DNA of 64,000 bases, taken from positions 1,696,001 to 1,760,000 of the forward strand of contig CBDCOX010000002.1 in the NCBI GenBank assembly GCA_965219995.1. Reading direction: 5' to 3'. The notes under the pieces were generated by a model. The model searched no databases. It saw only the letters and a list, made by a program, of their open reading frames with translations, and was not told where the DNA came from. Position numbers and translations under genes: made by a program. Shown here one piece after another: positions 28,921 through 39,095 of this stretch (position 1 is the stretch's first letter; each line of letters opens with the position of its first letter). The stretch is from Candidatus Latescibacterota bacterium (GTDB lineage Bacteria > Latescibacterota > UBA2968 > GCA-2709665).

Positions 28921-30318
28921 ATGATCTCCCGCATTGGTGATATGACCCGAAAAACCGCCGCCGGGCTGATTCTGGCCGTCCTTCTGCCGCTGATCGTCGT
29001 GTTGTATCCGGCCGACATCGGCGCCGTGCCCCGCCTGGCCCTGGCCCTCTCCCTCGCCACGGTCGTACTGTGGACCTTCGAGCCGGTCCCCCTCGAATAC
29101 AGTTCATTGCTGATGATCGTCCTCTTCCCCGTCCTCGGCGTCCTCACGTTCGAAACCGCCTTCGGGCCCTTCTCGAGCAAGACCGTCTGGCTCATCTTCG
29201 CGGGAATGGCCCTCAGCCTGGGCATCACCGAAACCCCCCTGGGAACCCGGCTCTCCCGGCTGGTGCTGGGACATATCCGGAGCCTGAGGGGACTCATCCT
29301 GGCGCTCCATGTCCTGGGCATGCTCTCCGCATTGCTGATACCGTCGGGTGTCGTGCGGATCCTGATCCTCATGCCCCTCATCATCACCCTGCTCCGGACG
29401 CTGGGCGAACCGCCCGGATCTCGAGTGAGTGTCGCGCTGATCCTCTCCCTGGTCTGTTCCACGTACTACGGCGGCACCGGCGTGCTTACGGCCTCCGTGC
29501 CGAGCCTGGTTGTTTTCGGCGTTCTGGAATCCCGGGACATCTCCGTTTACTGGGGTCAGTGGGCGCTGTATCTCTTTCCCGTCTTCTCCCTCTGCCGGGT
29601 CGCGTGCTGTTACGGGCTGATCCGTCTGTTATTGCCGCTTGGACGCGAGTCGGATTTCCAGACTGCACTCGACAACGCCGGCGATATCCCCGATCGCTTC
29701 ACGCCTGCAGAGAAGAAGACCCTTTGCATCCTGCTGGCGGGCGTACTGCTCTGGGCGACCGATGCGCTTCATGGCATCCATCCCGCCTATGTGGGCCTGG
29801 GACTGGTTCTGCTCTGTTATCTTCCCGGATTGGGTCCCCTGCATCCGGACCTGCTGAAAAAGATCAACTTTCCCCTCCTCATCTACATCGCCGCCGCGTT
29901 CTCCGTCGGCCACGCGCTCGAGACCACCGGTTTCAGCCCCCTGCTTGCCAATCTGTTTACAGAATGGCTGAGTCGGGTCGACGGGGGTCTGATCCTCCAA
30001 CTCGGTATGCTCTCAGCCTTCATCCTGCCGTTCAACTTTCTGGCGGACACCGCCGCGGTTGCCGCCATCCTCACCCCGGTGCTCCTGGACGTCGCCGCCC
30101 AGACCGGCATGGCGCCGCTTCCCGCCGCACTCTGCATGGCCATTGTCGCCAGTTGCGGCTTCTTTCCCTACCAGGCGGCGCCTTTCATCCTGGCCTACAG
30201 CTTTCGCTACGTACATATGGGCCAGTTTATCCGGCTCATGGTTCTCCTCGCGCTGGTCTCCCTCCTGCTTCTAATCCCGCTCAACTTCCTCTATTGGCGG
30301 CTCATCGGGCTGATCTGA
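28921..30318 (+). CDS. SLC13/DASS family anion transporter
   Basis: Many TM helices; WLIFAG, TPLGTRL, IPSG..R, GVLTASVP, PYQAAP. Confidence 0.85.
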   Translation: MISRIGDMTRKTAAGLILAVLLPLIVVLYPADIGAVPRLALALSLATVVLWTFEPVPLEYSSLLMIVLFPVLGVLTFETAFGPFSSKTVWLIFAGMALSLGITETPLGTRLSRLVLGHIRSLRGLILALHVLGMLSALLIPSGVVRILILMPLIITLLRTLGEPPGSRVSVALILSLVCSTYYGGTGVLTASVPSLVVFGVLESRDISVYWGQWALYLFPVFSLCRVACCYGLIRLLLPLGRESDFQTALDNAGDIPDRFTPAEKKTLCILLAGVLLWATDALHGIHPAYVGLGLVLLCYLPGLGPLHPDLLKKINFPLLIYIAAAFSVGHALETTGFSPLLANLFTEWLSRVDGGLILQLGMLSAFILPFNFLADTAAVAAILTPVLLDVAAQTGMAPLPAALCMAIVASCGFFPYQAAPFILAYSFRYVHMGQFIRLMVLLALVSLLLLIPLNFLYWRLIGLI

Positions 30319-30388
30319 AAGCCAGCTCGAAAAACGCCGGTTCCCTCGGCCCCGAAACTGCCAAAACCGGCCAAATTTCCTTTACCGC

Positions 30389-30417
30389 TTGACAAGCCCG
30401 GGATCTTCGGGTACTAT
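30389..30417 (+). promoter_or_regulatory. Sigma70-type promoter for iorA
   Basis: TTGACA-17 bp-TACTAT. Confidence 0.75.
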
Positions 30418-30460
30418 CGGTGTTCCGTCTGCAGTCACGTCAATTTCCAATGGAGAAGCC

Positions 30461-32080
30461 ATGATGAATGCATTGCGAATCAATGGCGACACGGCACTGG
30501 CCTGGGGCGCGATCGAGGCAGGCGTCAGTTGCGTAACCGGATATCCCGGATCGCCGGGTACCGGCACCTTTACCGCGCTCGCCGACACCGCGGGCGAATA
30601 CGGTCACGATGCCGAGTGGTGTCTGAACGAACGCATCGCACTCGACGTCGCGGCGGGCGTCTCCCAGGGAGGCCGCCGCGTGCTCGTATGCATGAAGAGC
30701 GTGGGTATGAACGTGGCGCTGGATACCCTCATGGTTCTGAATATGACCGGCGTACACGCCGGACTGGTCATCCTGATGGGCGACGACCCCGGGGCATGGG
30801 GGTCACAGAACGAGCAGGACGGCCGTTTCTTCGCCCCCCTCGCCGAAGTCCCGATGCTCGAACCCGCGACACCGGCGGAGGGCCGGCACATGATGCGCTG
30901 GGCCTTCGACTTCTCGGAATCGTTCCGGACGGTCGTCATCCTTCGCATCACACGGAGCTTCAGCGTGTGCGAGGACGAACAGACGCCCGTCCGCAGGCCC
31001 GCGGCCAGACGGCCGCTGGCGCCCGACAGGGAACCGATGCGCTGGATTTCGTCACTGTCCAACTGCATTCCCAATCACGGCAGGCTCCATCGTAAACTGC
31101 AGGACATCTCGCAGTCGTTCGAGCGTGTGCCCTTCAACCGAATCGAGGGCGCCGGAGATCTGGGCGTCATCGCGTCCGGATTCGTCCACAGCAAACTTCA
31201 GGACGCGCTGGAAGGCGCGGACGCATCGAGACTCGCGTGCCTGAAACTCGGCTCTCTCTACCCGCTGCCGGGGGGCCTGATTTCGGATTTTCTCAAACAG
31301 TGCAGTCAGGTGCTGGTGCTCGAGGAAGTGGACCCGTATCTCGAAGACAGCGTCAAGACCATTGGATACGACGCGGGCGTCACCCCGAAAGTTATCGGCA
31401 AACGCAGCGGCCTTGTCCCCGGAGAAGGTGAACTCTTCCGCTGGCAGATGCAGAACGCGCTGAAGGCGCATCTGCCGGACCTGGCGCCATCGCGCGTTTA
31501 CACCGAGGCAGGCTGGCAGGAGGAAAAGCCGTACCGGAAGTCACACTGCGCCGGCTGCCCCTACAATGACATCCTCGCCGCATTGCGCGAAGAGGCGGCC
31601 GCGCTGGGCCAGAATCCATTCCTCACCGCCGATCCGGGTTGCGTCGTCATCGCCGCCCGGTATCTCGACACCAAGCTGTGTATGGGATCCGCCATCGGCG
31701 CAGCCGTGGGTCTCAGGAAAGCCGGCGTGCGGGAACGCGTTGTCGCCATCACCGGGGACTCGGCTTTCTACCATAGCAGCGTCAACGCATTGATCCACGC
31801 CAGATCAGTCGGCGCCGACGTGCTCCTGGTGGTGCTCGACAACGCGGGCTCGCTCACGACCGGCGGCCAACCCACGCCCGATCGAGGCGTCCCGGTCGCC
31901 GGAAACCCCGGGCCGGTTGTCGGCATCAACGACCTGGCGGCGGCCTGCGGGGTCGGCTCGGTCTGGACGGTCGAAGAATCGGATCCCGAACCTCGGATGC
32001 GCAGTATCTTCCGCAAAGCCCTGCAGACCGGGGGTCTCGGCCTGGTGACCATACGAAAGCGTTGCGAAGCGGTGGATTAG
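30461..32080 (+). CDS. iorA: Indolepyruvate:ferredoxin oxidoreductase alpha subunit-like TPP enzyme
   Basis: GYPGSP, NE, MKSVGMNVA, DDPG...SQNEQD, CAGCP, DPGC, GDSAF...LDN...TGGQP. Confidence 0.85.
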   Translation: MMNALRINGDTALAWGAIEAGVSCVTGYPGSPGTGTFTALADTAGEYGHDAEWCLNERIALDVAAGVSQGGRRVLVCMKSVGMNVALDTLMVLNMTGVHAGLVILMGDDPGAWGSQNEQDGRFFAPLAEVPMLEPATPAEGRHMMRWAFDFSESFRTVVILRITRSFSVCEDEQTPVRRPAARRPLAPDREPMRWISSLSNCIPNHGRLHRKLQDISQSFERVPFNRIEGAGDLGVIASGFVHSKLQDALEGADASRLACLKLGSLYPLPGGLISDFLKQCSQVLVLEEVDPYLEDSVKTIGYDAGVTPKVIGKRSGLVPGEGELFRWQMQNALKAHLPDLAPSRVYTEAGWQEEKPYRKSHCAGCPYNDILAALREEAAALGQNPFLTADPGCVVIAARYLDTKLCMGSAIGAAVGLRKAGVRERVVAITGDSAFYHSSVNALIHARSVGADVLLVVLDNAGSLTTGGQPTPDRGVPVAGNPGPVVGINDLAAACGVGSVWTVEESDPEPRMRSIFRKALQTGGLGLVTIRKRCEAVD

Positions 32081-32163
32081 AGGGTCGGTCTGCTACAACG
32101 CAAAAAGGGTTCGCCCGGGATTTTTCGAATCCCGAAGGAACCCTATCGGCCCGTGGAAAGAGC

Positions 32164-32252
32164 CCATCCGGGCTGCGGCCGGCCCTTGTGACCGAATGAC
32201 GGCGTTGCGCTCCCTCCCCGAATCCAGGGACTCGCGCCGGTCGTGCGCCTGT
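32164..32252 (+). mobile_element. Internal fragment of MITE family B
   Basis: Matches 55384-55472 (CCGGCCCTTGTGACCGAA...GCGTTGCGCTCCCTCCCCGAATCCAGGGA). Confidence 0.8.
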
Positions 32253-32274
32253 CCTGACCTCCAGTGTCGTCGTT

Positions 32275-32856
32275 TTACCGGAATTCCAGAGATTTCGCGA
32301 TTGAACGGTATTCGTCGACGGGAAAGGCGGCAGACGTCCCGTTGCCCATCATCAGGTAAGCCTTCCGCCCGTCCAGCACCACCGTAACGAAGAACCGGTC
32401 CCCACGCCGGCGAAGAAACACGGTCCGGAAGACCCACTCGATGCCGTCGCGCCCCGATATCTGAAACGTGCGTTTCTCCTGTCCCGTGTACCCCAGAAAC
32501 GTGGCCTTGAATTCCTCTTCCAGTTCGGCGGTAACCGTCTGTAGCGTCGAATTTTCCGAAAGCGCGCGGGGCCGTAACGTCAACACCGCCTCAAATCCGC
32601 CAATCGCCTCGCGGTTCATAACCACTTCGACTCTGGGCAATCCGTTCGGCTCCCGGGTCTGGAAGGACGTTTGCGCCGTCCAGCCCCACACATCCGGGAC
32701 CGTAATCCGGAATCCCCATTCATCGTTGGAGTACACTCGGCCGCCGTCGGAATCGGTCGTCGGATTATTGGCGGTGTCCTCCGGGATAGGACCGCAACCG
32801 AATATCGCGGCAACGGATATGTAGCAGAACCAGCCAATGGAACGGTGTTGGAACAT
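32275..32856 (-). CDS. Putative lipoprotein, PsbP/DcrB-like fold
   Basis: Lipobox-like AAIFGC, Y.NDEWGF.I.VP..W motif; start may lie as far up as 32910. Confidence 0.65.
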   Translation of the reverse strand: MFQHRSIGWFCYISVAAIFGCGPIPEDTANNPTTDSDGGRVYSNDEWGFRITVPDVWGWTAQTSFQTREPNGLPRVEVVMNREAIGGFEAVLTLRPRALSENSTLQTVTAELEEEFKATFLGYTGQEKRTFQISGRDGIEWVFRTVFLRRRGDRFFVTVVLDGRKAYLMMGNGTSAAFPVDEYRSIAKSLEFR

Positions 32857-32958
32857 GCCGCCCGCCTTCCTCTCCGCGAAACGCATGGCTACCGCAGGTT
32901 TTTCTGTCATTTGATTCGATGTCCCGCCCGGCGGAATCCCGAACCCGTTCGGAATCTG

Positions 32959-33633
32959 TCAGTGCACGATGCCCAGCCGTCTCCATCGAATTTTTCCGAA
33001 CGGGTTCCAGAGGGGGGCGCTGGAGTTCCAGGAAAAATAGATAAGAAGCGGATGGGCCTTCACCTTGTCGAGGGATACCGTCCCCCAGAACCTGCTGTCG
33101 TCGCTGTTGTCCCGGTTGTCCCCCATCACGAACAAATGTCCGGGCGGCACCAAATAAGGCCCGTAGTTGTCACGGGTACTGTACCGTTTGAGCTCCGTCC
33201 GCCGGTCCATGAACTTCACCCCGTCGGGATTCGCAAACGGTTTGCCGTCGACGTAAACCACCTTGTTTCTGATCTCTATCGTCTGCCCACCTACGGCGAT
33301 ACACCGCTTGATGAAGTCCCTTGACTGATCCTTCGGATATTCGAAAATCACCATATCCCCGGGTTTTGGAGAACGAAATCCCGGCAGCCGAAAGGAAGGT
33401 AGCTTGTAATTCAGAACTGGCAGACGATCCGGAATCTGCGTTCCGAACGTCAGCTTGTCTCCGAGAACGTAGTCGCCCTCCATCAGCGTGTTTTCCATGG
33501 ATCCTGACGGGATGTGATAGGCCTGCACCAGCGTTGCCCGGATCAATACAGCCAGAAAGACGGCAAAAAAGATCGACTTCAGATAATCGACCAGAATTCG
33601 TCCGGGACGCGGCCGGCGGCGCAGTGACTTCAT
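32959..33633 (-). CDS. lepB: Signal peptidase I
   Basis: IPSGSMENTL, FIKRC, FVMGDNRDNSDDSRFWG. Confidence 0.95.
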   Translation of the reverse strand: MKSLRRRPRPGRILVDYLKSIFFAVFLAVLIRATLVQAYHIPSGSMENTLMEGDYVLGDKLTFGTQIPDRLPVLNYKLPSFRLPGFRSPKPGDMVIFEYPKDQSRDFIKRCIAVGGQTIEIRNKVVYVDGKPFANPDGVKFMDRRTELKRYSTRDNYGPYLVPPGHLFVMGDNRDNSDDSRFWGTVSLDKVKAHPLLIYFSWNSSAPLWNPFGKIRWRRLGIVH

Positions 33634-33740
33634 GGGTCAACCTCCAGATCGTTCCAATGGGGAAAACACAGGCGGGCAACGTCTGCGGATTCGCATGTTT
33701 ACACGCGGAAACGTGCGGCAGGTTCCGGCCTGCCTCAGTG

Positions 33741-34715
33741 TCAAGCCGAGAAATACGGGACTTCGGGCCGTCCGCTTTCGGCGGATCGGTTCGCCGCAAG
33801 CGTCACGTCGAGCGAACGGACGCCGTCCTCGTAATCCGAAAGAACGGCCGACCCGTCGCCCGTACGAACGGCATCGATGAAAACCTCGTCGATATCACCC
33901 AGATCACGCTGTACCGGGCCCGGATCTGCCGCGGACTCCGGATGCACGACCAGGCCATCGGGCCCGAACTCCGCCCGCATGTCATTCAATATAAATGACA
34001 TGAGCCCGGTCCCGCCTCCCTGCCGAAACGTGCACGTGGACGTCAGCGAACCGATCGCGCCCGTCTCGAATTTCAGATTGATCACGTGCACGTCAGGAAT
34101 ATCCAGGTTATCCTCATCGTCCATGGTACGCAATGCGTAATAGGCGTGCACTTCCGCCACTTCACCCACAAGATAGCGAAGCAGATCCACCTGGTGCGTG
34201 GTCTGCTCAACGATCTGTCCGCCCGATTGTGACATCACGCGCCACCACGGCGTACCTGGCAGCCCGCCCCATCTGTGGACAGCGGTCATCCCGATCGTCC
34301 GACCTTTAAGGAACGCCTTCGCCTGCTGTGCGATGCCGGAATAGCGCAACTGATACCCCACGCAGGTCAGAACGCCCGCCTCCCGCACGGCCGCCAGTAT
34401 TTCGAGGGCCTTCTCCATTGTCGCCGCTACGGGTTTCTCCACGAAGAGATGCACACCGCGCTGCGCCGCCAGAATCTCCGCGTCGGTATGCGCAAACGTG
34501 GGAACGCTCACGTACAAAGCGCACAGCGATTCGGCGTCCAGCATCTTCCGATGGTCGGTATACGCCCTCGCGCCGAATTCCCCGGCCACACGCTCCGCGG
34601 TTTCCTCCACCACGTCGCAGATCGCCGCGATATTCACATCCTCCATCATCTGCAACACCCGCATGTGGGATCTCGCACGACCGCCTGCGCCTATAAACCC
34701 TACCTGAATAGCCAA
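33741..34715 (-). CDS. Gfo/Idh/MocA family oxidoreductase
   Basis: GFIGAGG, LFVEKP, EQTTHQVD; TTG start behind GGAGG. Confidence 0.9.
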   Translation of the reverse strand: MAIQVGFIGAGGRARSHMRVLQMMEDVNIAAICDVVEETAERVAGEFGARAYTDHRKMLDAESLCALYVSVPTFAHTDAEILAAQRGVHLFVEKPVAATMEKALEILAAVREAGVLTCVGYQLRYSGIAQQAKAFLKGRTIGMTAVHRWGGLPGTPWWRVMSQSGGQIVEQTTHQVDLLRYLVGEVAEVHAYYALRTMDDEDNLDIPDVHVINLKFETGAIGSLTSTCTFRQGGGTGLMSFILNDMRAEFGPDGLVVHPESAADPGPVQRDLGDIDEVFIDAVRTGDGSAVLSDYEDGVRSLDVTLAANRSAESGRPEVPYFSA

Positions 34716-34897
34716 AACACCTCCCGGAAACCTTGTGGTTAAAATACACAGCCTCAAAATTACCCTGCCGGGACATGGGCTGTCAAGCGAATTCATCATG
34801 CCCGGGAAGTTCACGCACCTGCTTTTGTCTTTGAATAATTCCGTCCGGACAACTAACTTACCCGTACCAAACCCACGCCCACCCCTGACGGAAGAGG

Positions 34898-35947
34898 ATG
34901 TACCCCATGCGAGTCGAGGACCTGGACACACCTGCACTGACCATCGATCTCGACATCCTTCTCAAGAATATCCGAGACCTCGCGGAATCCTGCAGCAAAC
35001 ATGAAATCGCGTTGCGGGTGCACACCAAGACCCACAAGATTCCCGAAATCGCCCGCCTGCAGCTTGAAGCCGGCGCCATCGGCATTGTCTGTCAGAAGCT
35101 GGGTGAAGCGGAAGTCATGGTCCACGCGGGTATAACCGATATCCTCATTCCCTACAACATCGTCGGCGCCCGCAAGGTGAAACGCCTTGTGCGACTCCGC
35201 GAACGGGCAACCATAACGGTAGCCCTGGACTCCGAAACGACGGCTCGCGGCATCTCCGAACAGGCGGGCAGACCGGAAATACCCATTCTGATCGAACTGG
35301 ATACCGGCGGGCGCCGATGCGGCGTCCAGTCGCCCGAAGCCGCACTGGACCTGGCGCGCAAAGTCGTTGCGCTGCCCGGCCTCCGCTTCCAGGGCATCAT
35401 GACCTATCCCAGCCGGCGGGAGGCGGAACCCTTTCTGTCGCGCACGCGGACACTGCTGGAGGGCGACGGTATTCCGGTAGCCACGGTAAGCGGAGGCGGA
35501 ACCGGAAGCGAAGCCGTCTCAAAGCAGATCGGTTGCACCGAAACCCGGATCGGCTCCTACGTTTTCGAAGGCATGCGCCGCATCAACCACACGGACAATC
35601 CCCCGAACCCGACCACCTGTGCCGAACGCGTGATCGTGACCGTGGTCAGCACGCCCACCCCTGAACGCGTTATCGTGGACGGCGGCCAGAAATCCTTTAC
35701 GAGCTATCCGCCCACTCCGTACGGATACATCGTGGAACACCCCAACGCCAGGATATACGGCATGTCGGTGGAACATGGTCATATCGACGCCAGTGCGTGC
35801 GACCATACGTTTCAGGTTGGGGAACGCCTTTCGGTTGTTCCCCAGCACCAGGGCATGACGACCAACCTGCACGACGTCGCCTATGCCGTGCGGAACGGCG
35901 CCGTGGAGGCCGTCTGGACCGTTGCCGGACGCGGCAGGGCGCAATAG
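34898..35947 (+). CDS. Fold-type III PLP enzyme, D-threonine aldolase/DSD1 family
   Basis: TPAL, RVHTKTHK, EAEVM, DTGGRRCG, SGGGTG, R.GSYVF, D.G.K, S.EHG. Confidence 0.88.
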   Translation: MYPMRVEDLDTPALTIDLDILLKNIRDLAESCSKHEIALRVHTKTHKIPEIARLQLEAGAIGIVCQKLGEAEVMVHAGITDILIPYNIVGARKVKRLVRLRERATITVALDSETTARGISEQAGRPEIPILIELDTGGRRCGVQSPEAALDLARKVVALPGLRFQGIMTYPSRREAEPFLSRTRTLLEGDGIPVATVSGGGTGSEAVSKQIGCTETRIGSYVFEGMRRINHTDNPPNPTTCAERVIVTVVSTPTPERVIVDGGQKSFTSYPPTPYGYIVEHPNARIYGMSVEHGHIDASACDHTFQVGERLSVVPQHQGMTTNLHDVAYAVRNGAVEAVWTVAGRGRAQ

Positions 35948-36048
35948 ATGGCCAAATCGAGACCGCGGCCCCTTTCATCCCCCGGGCCGGGACCGGATCA
36001 CCCGAAACGGCCCGTTCCGGCAGACGACTTGATATAAGGAGTTCTGAA

Positions 36049-36942
36049 ATGCGCCAAGTACAGTGGGAACGCATGTTCCCGGACCAACTGGAAGCCGCCT
36101 TCAATGACTGCCCGCTCGTCTACTTCCCGTACGGCCTTTGCGAACCTCATGGTCCGCACGACGCGGTCGGCCTGGATGGCCTGAAGGCGCACGGCATTGC
36201 CTGCGAGTCCGCGCGCGCGCACGGGGGTATTGTGGCGCCGCCGGATTACTGGCATATCCACGAAATTGGCGGGTATGCGCTGTGGCTCGAGCGTACCGTT
36301 GGACCGGTCAGACGTTCCTGGATGACCTGCATGCCGCCCTGGCAGCACTTCAAGAACATCTGCTACCACATCCGCATGGCGGACCACCTTGGCTTCCACG
36401 CCGCGATTTTTCTAACGGGACATTACGGCCCCAACTGGAAGGATCTCAAAACGCTCATCGGCCTGGTGCAGCCCCACGTGGGCACCAGGCTCTGCGGCCT
36501 GCCGGACCACGAAGCCAATCAGCCGGGTTTCGACAACGACGGACGAAGCGGCGGCGACCACGCAGGAAAGGTCGAAACGTCGCTTCTGTGGGCGCTCCAC
36601 CCCGACTGTGTGGACCTTTCGCGGCTGCCGCCCGAAGACGCTCCCGGACCCCATTTCGCGATGGGACCCACGGTCAGGCAGTCGGACCGCCGCGTTGGCG
36701 AGCGCATGGTTGCCGACGAAGTCCGATGGCTGGGCGAAAAGGCGAAGGAACTGCTGGGCGAATACGAGGAGAAGGACCCGCCCCACATGCTGCAGACCTA
36801 CGAAGACGTGGAAGTCCTCTGGGAGACCGTGATTCGCCCCTCTCTCTCGGGATTCGAGACCATGCAGAACAGCTGGACTGAGGAATCCCTTCCCGAGACC
36901 TCCACCTGGTATCCCAACTGGCGGGTGCCGCGGCGCGGATAG
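36049..36942 (+). CDS. Creatininase family protein
   Basis: G.CEPHGPH...G.D, TGHY, DHAGKVETS; AAGGAG RBS. Confidence 0.88.
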   Translation: MRQVQWERMFPDQLEAAFNDCPLVYFPYGLCEPHGPHDAVGLDGLKAHGIACESARAHGGIVAPPDYWHIHEIGGYALWLERTVGPVRRSWMTCMPPWQHFKNICYHIRMADHLGFHAAIFLTGHYGPNWKDLKTLIGLVQPHVGTRLCGLPDHEANQPGFDNDGRSGGDHAGKVETSLLWALHPDCVDLSRLPPEDAPGPHFAMGPTVRQSDRRVGERMVADEVRWLGEKAKELLGEYEEKDPPHMLQTYEDVEVLWETVIRPSLSGFETMQNSWTEESLPETSTWYPNWRVPRRG

Positions 36943-36954
36943 GCGCGCAGGCAT

Positions 36955-37028
36955 CGCGTCGGTCGCGCGCCTTGTATTCGGCCACAATGACTCGGCCTCG
37001 CCTGCAGAGCGACTTCTTCAACGGACTG
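36955..37028 (+). mobile_element. Right half of MITE family B
   Basis: Near-identical to about 55453-55526 including the TIR TTCAACGGACTG; abuts CTA, the stop codon of the VOC gene. Confidence 0.85.
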
Positions 37029-37406
37029 CTACCGTTCCAGCAGTTCGATCTCGTATCCGTCCGGGTCGTCCACAAAGGCCATTTTCCGTCCGGTCGGAAA
37101 TGTCTCACGCCAATCGCCGGGCCAGATTTCAATGCCTTTGTTCTCGAGCCCGTCGCAAAACGCGATGAGGTCCGGCACGCCGATTGCAAGATGCATCAGA
37201 TCCTCGGGCACGTTCAGTTCGTAGTCTTCCGACCAGGTCAGTTCGAGCGTATGGGCGTTGCCAGGCAACTCCAGATGCATAATCTGGTTTCCCGCCGGGG
37301 ACTTCTCCGATCTGCTCTTCACCACGAATCCGAAATGGTCGCAGTAGAACGCCGCCGACCGGTCCAGGTCGTTTACCCGAATCCTGGTATGGAGAAATAC
37401 CGCCAT
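37029..37406 (-). CDS. VOC family protein (lactoylglutathione lyase-like)
   Basis: FLHTRIRV, LELT, HLAI, FVDDPDGYEIEL. Confidence 0.88.
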   Translation of the reverse strand: MAVFLHTRIRVNDLDRSAAFYCDHFGFVVKSRSEKSPAGNQIMHLELPGNAHTLELTWSEDYELNVPEDLMHLAIGVPDLIAFCDGLENKGIEIWPGDWRETFPTGRKMAFVDDPDGYEIELLER

Positions 37407-37450
37407 CGAAGGCTCCTTTCTTCAAATCATCGTCCGCCTGACCCGGAGAA

Positions 37451-37478
37451 CAAAAAAAAAGACAGCCAGTAGCTGCCC
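37451..37478 (-). terminator. Intrinsic terminator
   Basis: GGCAGCTACTGGCTGTC hairpin followed by T9 on the minus strand. Confidence 0.7.
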
Positions 37479-37506
37479 CCGTACCCGCACCTTCGGTCCC
37501 GTCCTT

Positions 37507-37887
37507 CTACGCGGTTAGCGATGAAACTGCCTTACTCCCTTTCTCACCGGCCGACGGGCCGGCCGGTTCCGTTTCGAGCCCCAGCGCCTGGCGCACCTGT
37601 CGTATCGCCTGAAGGTAATAATTCCTCACCGTACTCTTGGATACCGACAGCAGCAGCGCGATTTCGGCCATGGACTTTCCCTGGGAACGCAGCAGCAATA
37701 CCTCGTACTTCCGACCTGTGAGTGTCGGTTCGATCACGTTTCTGACCGCATCCAGTTTCTCCTCGTCCAAATCCAATTTCGCATACGGGTCGGGATCGAG
37801 CGAATGCCGAATGATGAAAGACAGGGGTACGGTCTCCGTTCTGGGATGACACCGTTCCATCACCGTGTTGTATCGGGGCCCTCGCAT
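37507..37887 (-). CDS. Stand-alone sigma-70 region 4 / LuxR-type HTH protein
   Basis: LTGRKYEVLLLRSQGKSMAEIALLLSVSKSTVRNY...AIRQVR; start uncertain. Confidence 0.7.
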   Translation of the reverse strand: MRGPRYNTVMERCHPRTETVPLSFIIRHSLDPDPYAKLDLDEEKLDAVRNVIEPTLTGRKYEVLLLRSQGKSMAEIALLLSVSKSTVRNYYLQAIRQVRQALGLETEPAGPSAGEKGSKAVSSLTA

Positions 37888-38006
37888 ATGGGTTCCACGC
37901 TCCCGACAGGACTGTTGGAGGCTCTCAACACTTTTCAGACGACGCTCGCACATCGTCAATTTAGCCTGTTCTTCTCAATCAGGCAAGTGAAAACTCGCCC
38001 CTTGCG

Positions 38007-38939
38007 CTATACGAGCGGACGCCTTGTGAAGCCCAACTCTTCCACAAGCTGCAATACCCGTTCATTCAAACGGTCCGCATGGCGCACGGTTTCCCGATCG
38101 GGCGTGAACGCCAGGCTGCGTACCTGTGACTGCCGAATGATCCCCCGCGCGGCCAGCAGGCGTTTCTCTACAACCAGGTACAACTCCATGTCCTGCAGCG
38201 AAAACACAATCTGCGCCAGAATGCCGTCGAACACGTCCATCGCGCCGTCCAGGTCGCCCGATGACCCGAGTTCCCAGATCCTGTTCATCACATCCGCGTG
38301 TCCGAGCCCTGGCATGACGCCGGCGACGCCCCACTCGAAGAGTTCCGGAAGATACATCCCGCCCCAACCCTCCAGCACGGCTACCTCCCCGTCGGTCGCC
38401 TCTCGAATCCCTCGCAGCTCGCGACCCAGAAGCGGCTCCTCCAGCTTGATATACCTGAAATTATCGCAGGCTTCGCGAAGTCGACGGCAGAACGTCCCGT
38501 CAACCGTGGGGCCGCCAGGATTGAAATCCTGAATCAGAATCGGCGCCTGCACCGCGTCGCAGATGGTCCGGCAATACGCAATAAGGTCCGCTTCCGTCGT
38601 TCGGAACTGCCTTGGGATTGCAAAACTGATGACGTCGGCGCCGGCGTCCTCGTTCGCGCGGGCAAGATTCGCCGCCTGTCGGGCTGACGGGTGGTTCGAC
38701 TGACCCACCACAGGTATCCTCCCCGCGGCCGACGCTACCGCGGCCCGGACGACCGCGAGCCGTTCTTTTCCTGATTGCTTGTAAAACTCGCTCGCATATG
38801 CCGGCAGACACACCGCCCCGATATCGAATGCGACCGCCGTCTCCACCTGTCGGCGGATGTCTTCGAATACAATCTCTTCACGGTCATCGAACGGTGTTAC
38901 CAGTACCGCCACGACACCACGTATGGCTTCCACGCCCAT
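38007..38939 (-). CDS. DHDPS/DapA-family protein, 2-keto-3-deoxy-arabinonate dehydratase-like
   Basis: TPF, AYASE, ILIQD, YIKLE, GWGG, G.MPG. Confidence 0.8.
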   Translation of the reverse strand: MGVEAIRGVVAVLVTPFDDREEIVFEDIRRQVETAVAFDIGAVCLPAYASEFYKQSGKERLAVVRAAVASAAGRIPVVGQSNHPSARQAANLARANEDAGADVISFAIPRQFRTTEADLIAYCRTICDAVQAPILIQDFNPGGPTVDGTFCRRLREACDNFRYIKLEEPLLGRELRGIREATDGEVAVLEGWGGMYLPELFEWGVAGVMPGLGHADVMNRIWELGSSGDLDGAMDVFDGILAQIVFSLQDMELYLVVEKRLLAARGIIRQSQVRSLAFTPDRETVRHADRLNERVLQLVEELGFTRRPLV

Positions 38940-39095
38940 GTCGATCCTCCCAGGAGCAGATCTGTCTGAGGCCAGGTCCGTCCGCATGGCCCCTGTCAAG
39001 GCGCCAGACGATCCTCCGAAGAGTGGATCGTTGGAACCACTCGGCGGACATTGCATGTCGGCAACCGGGACGCTTCTCAGCCGACCTGGTGGCTG

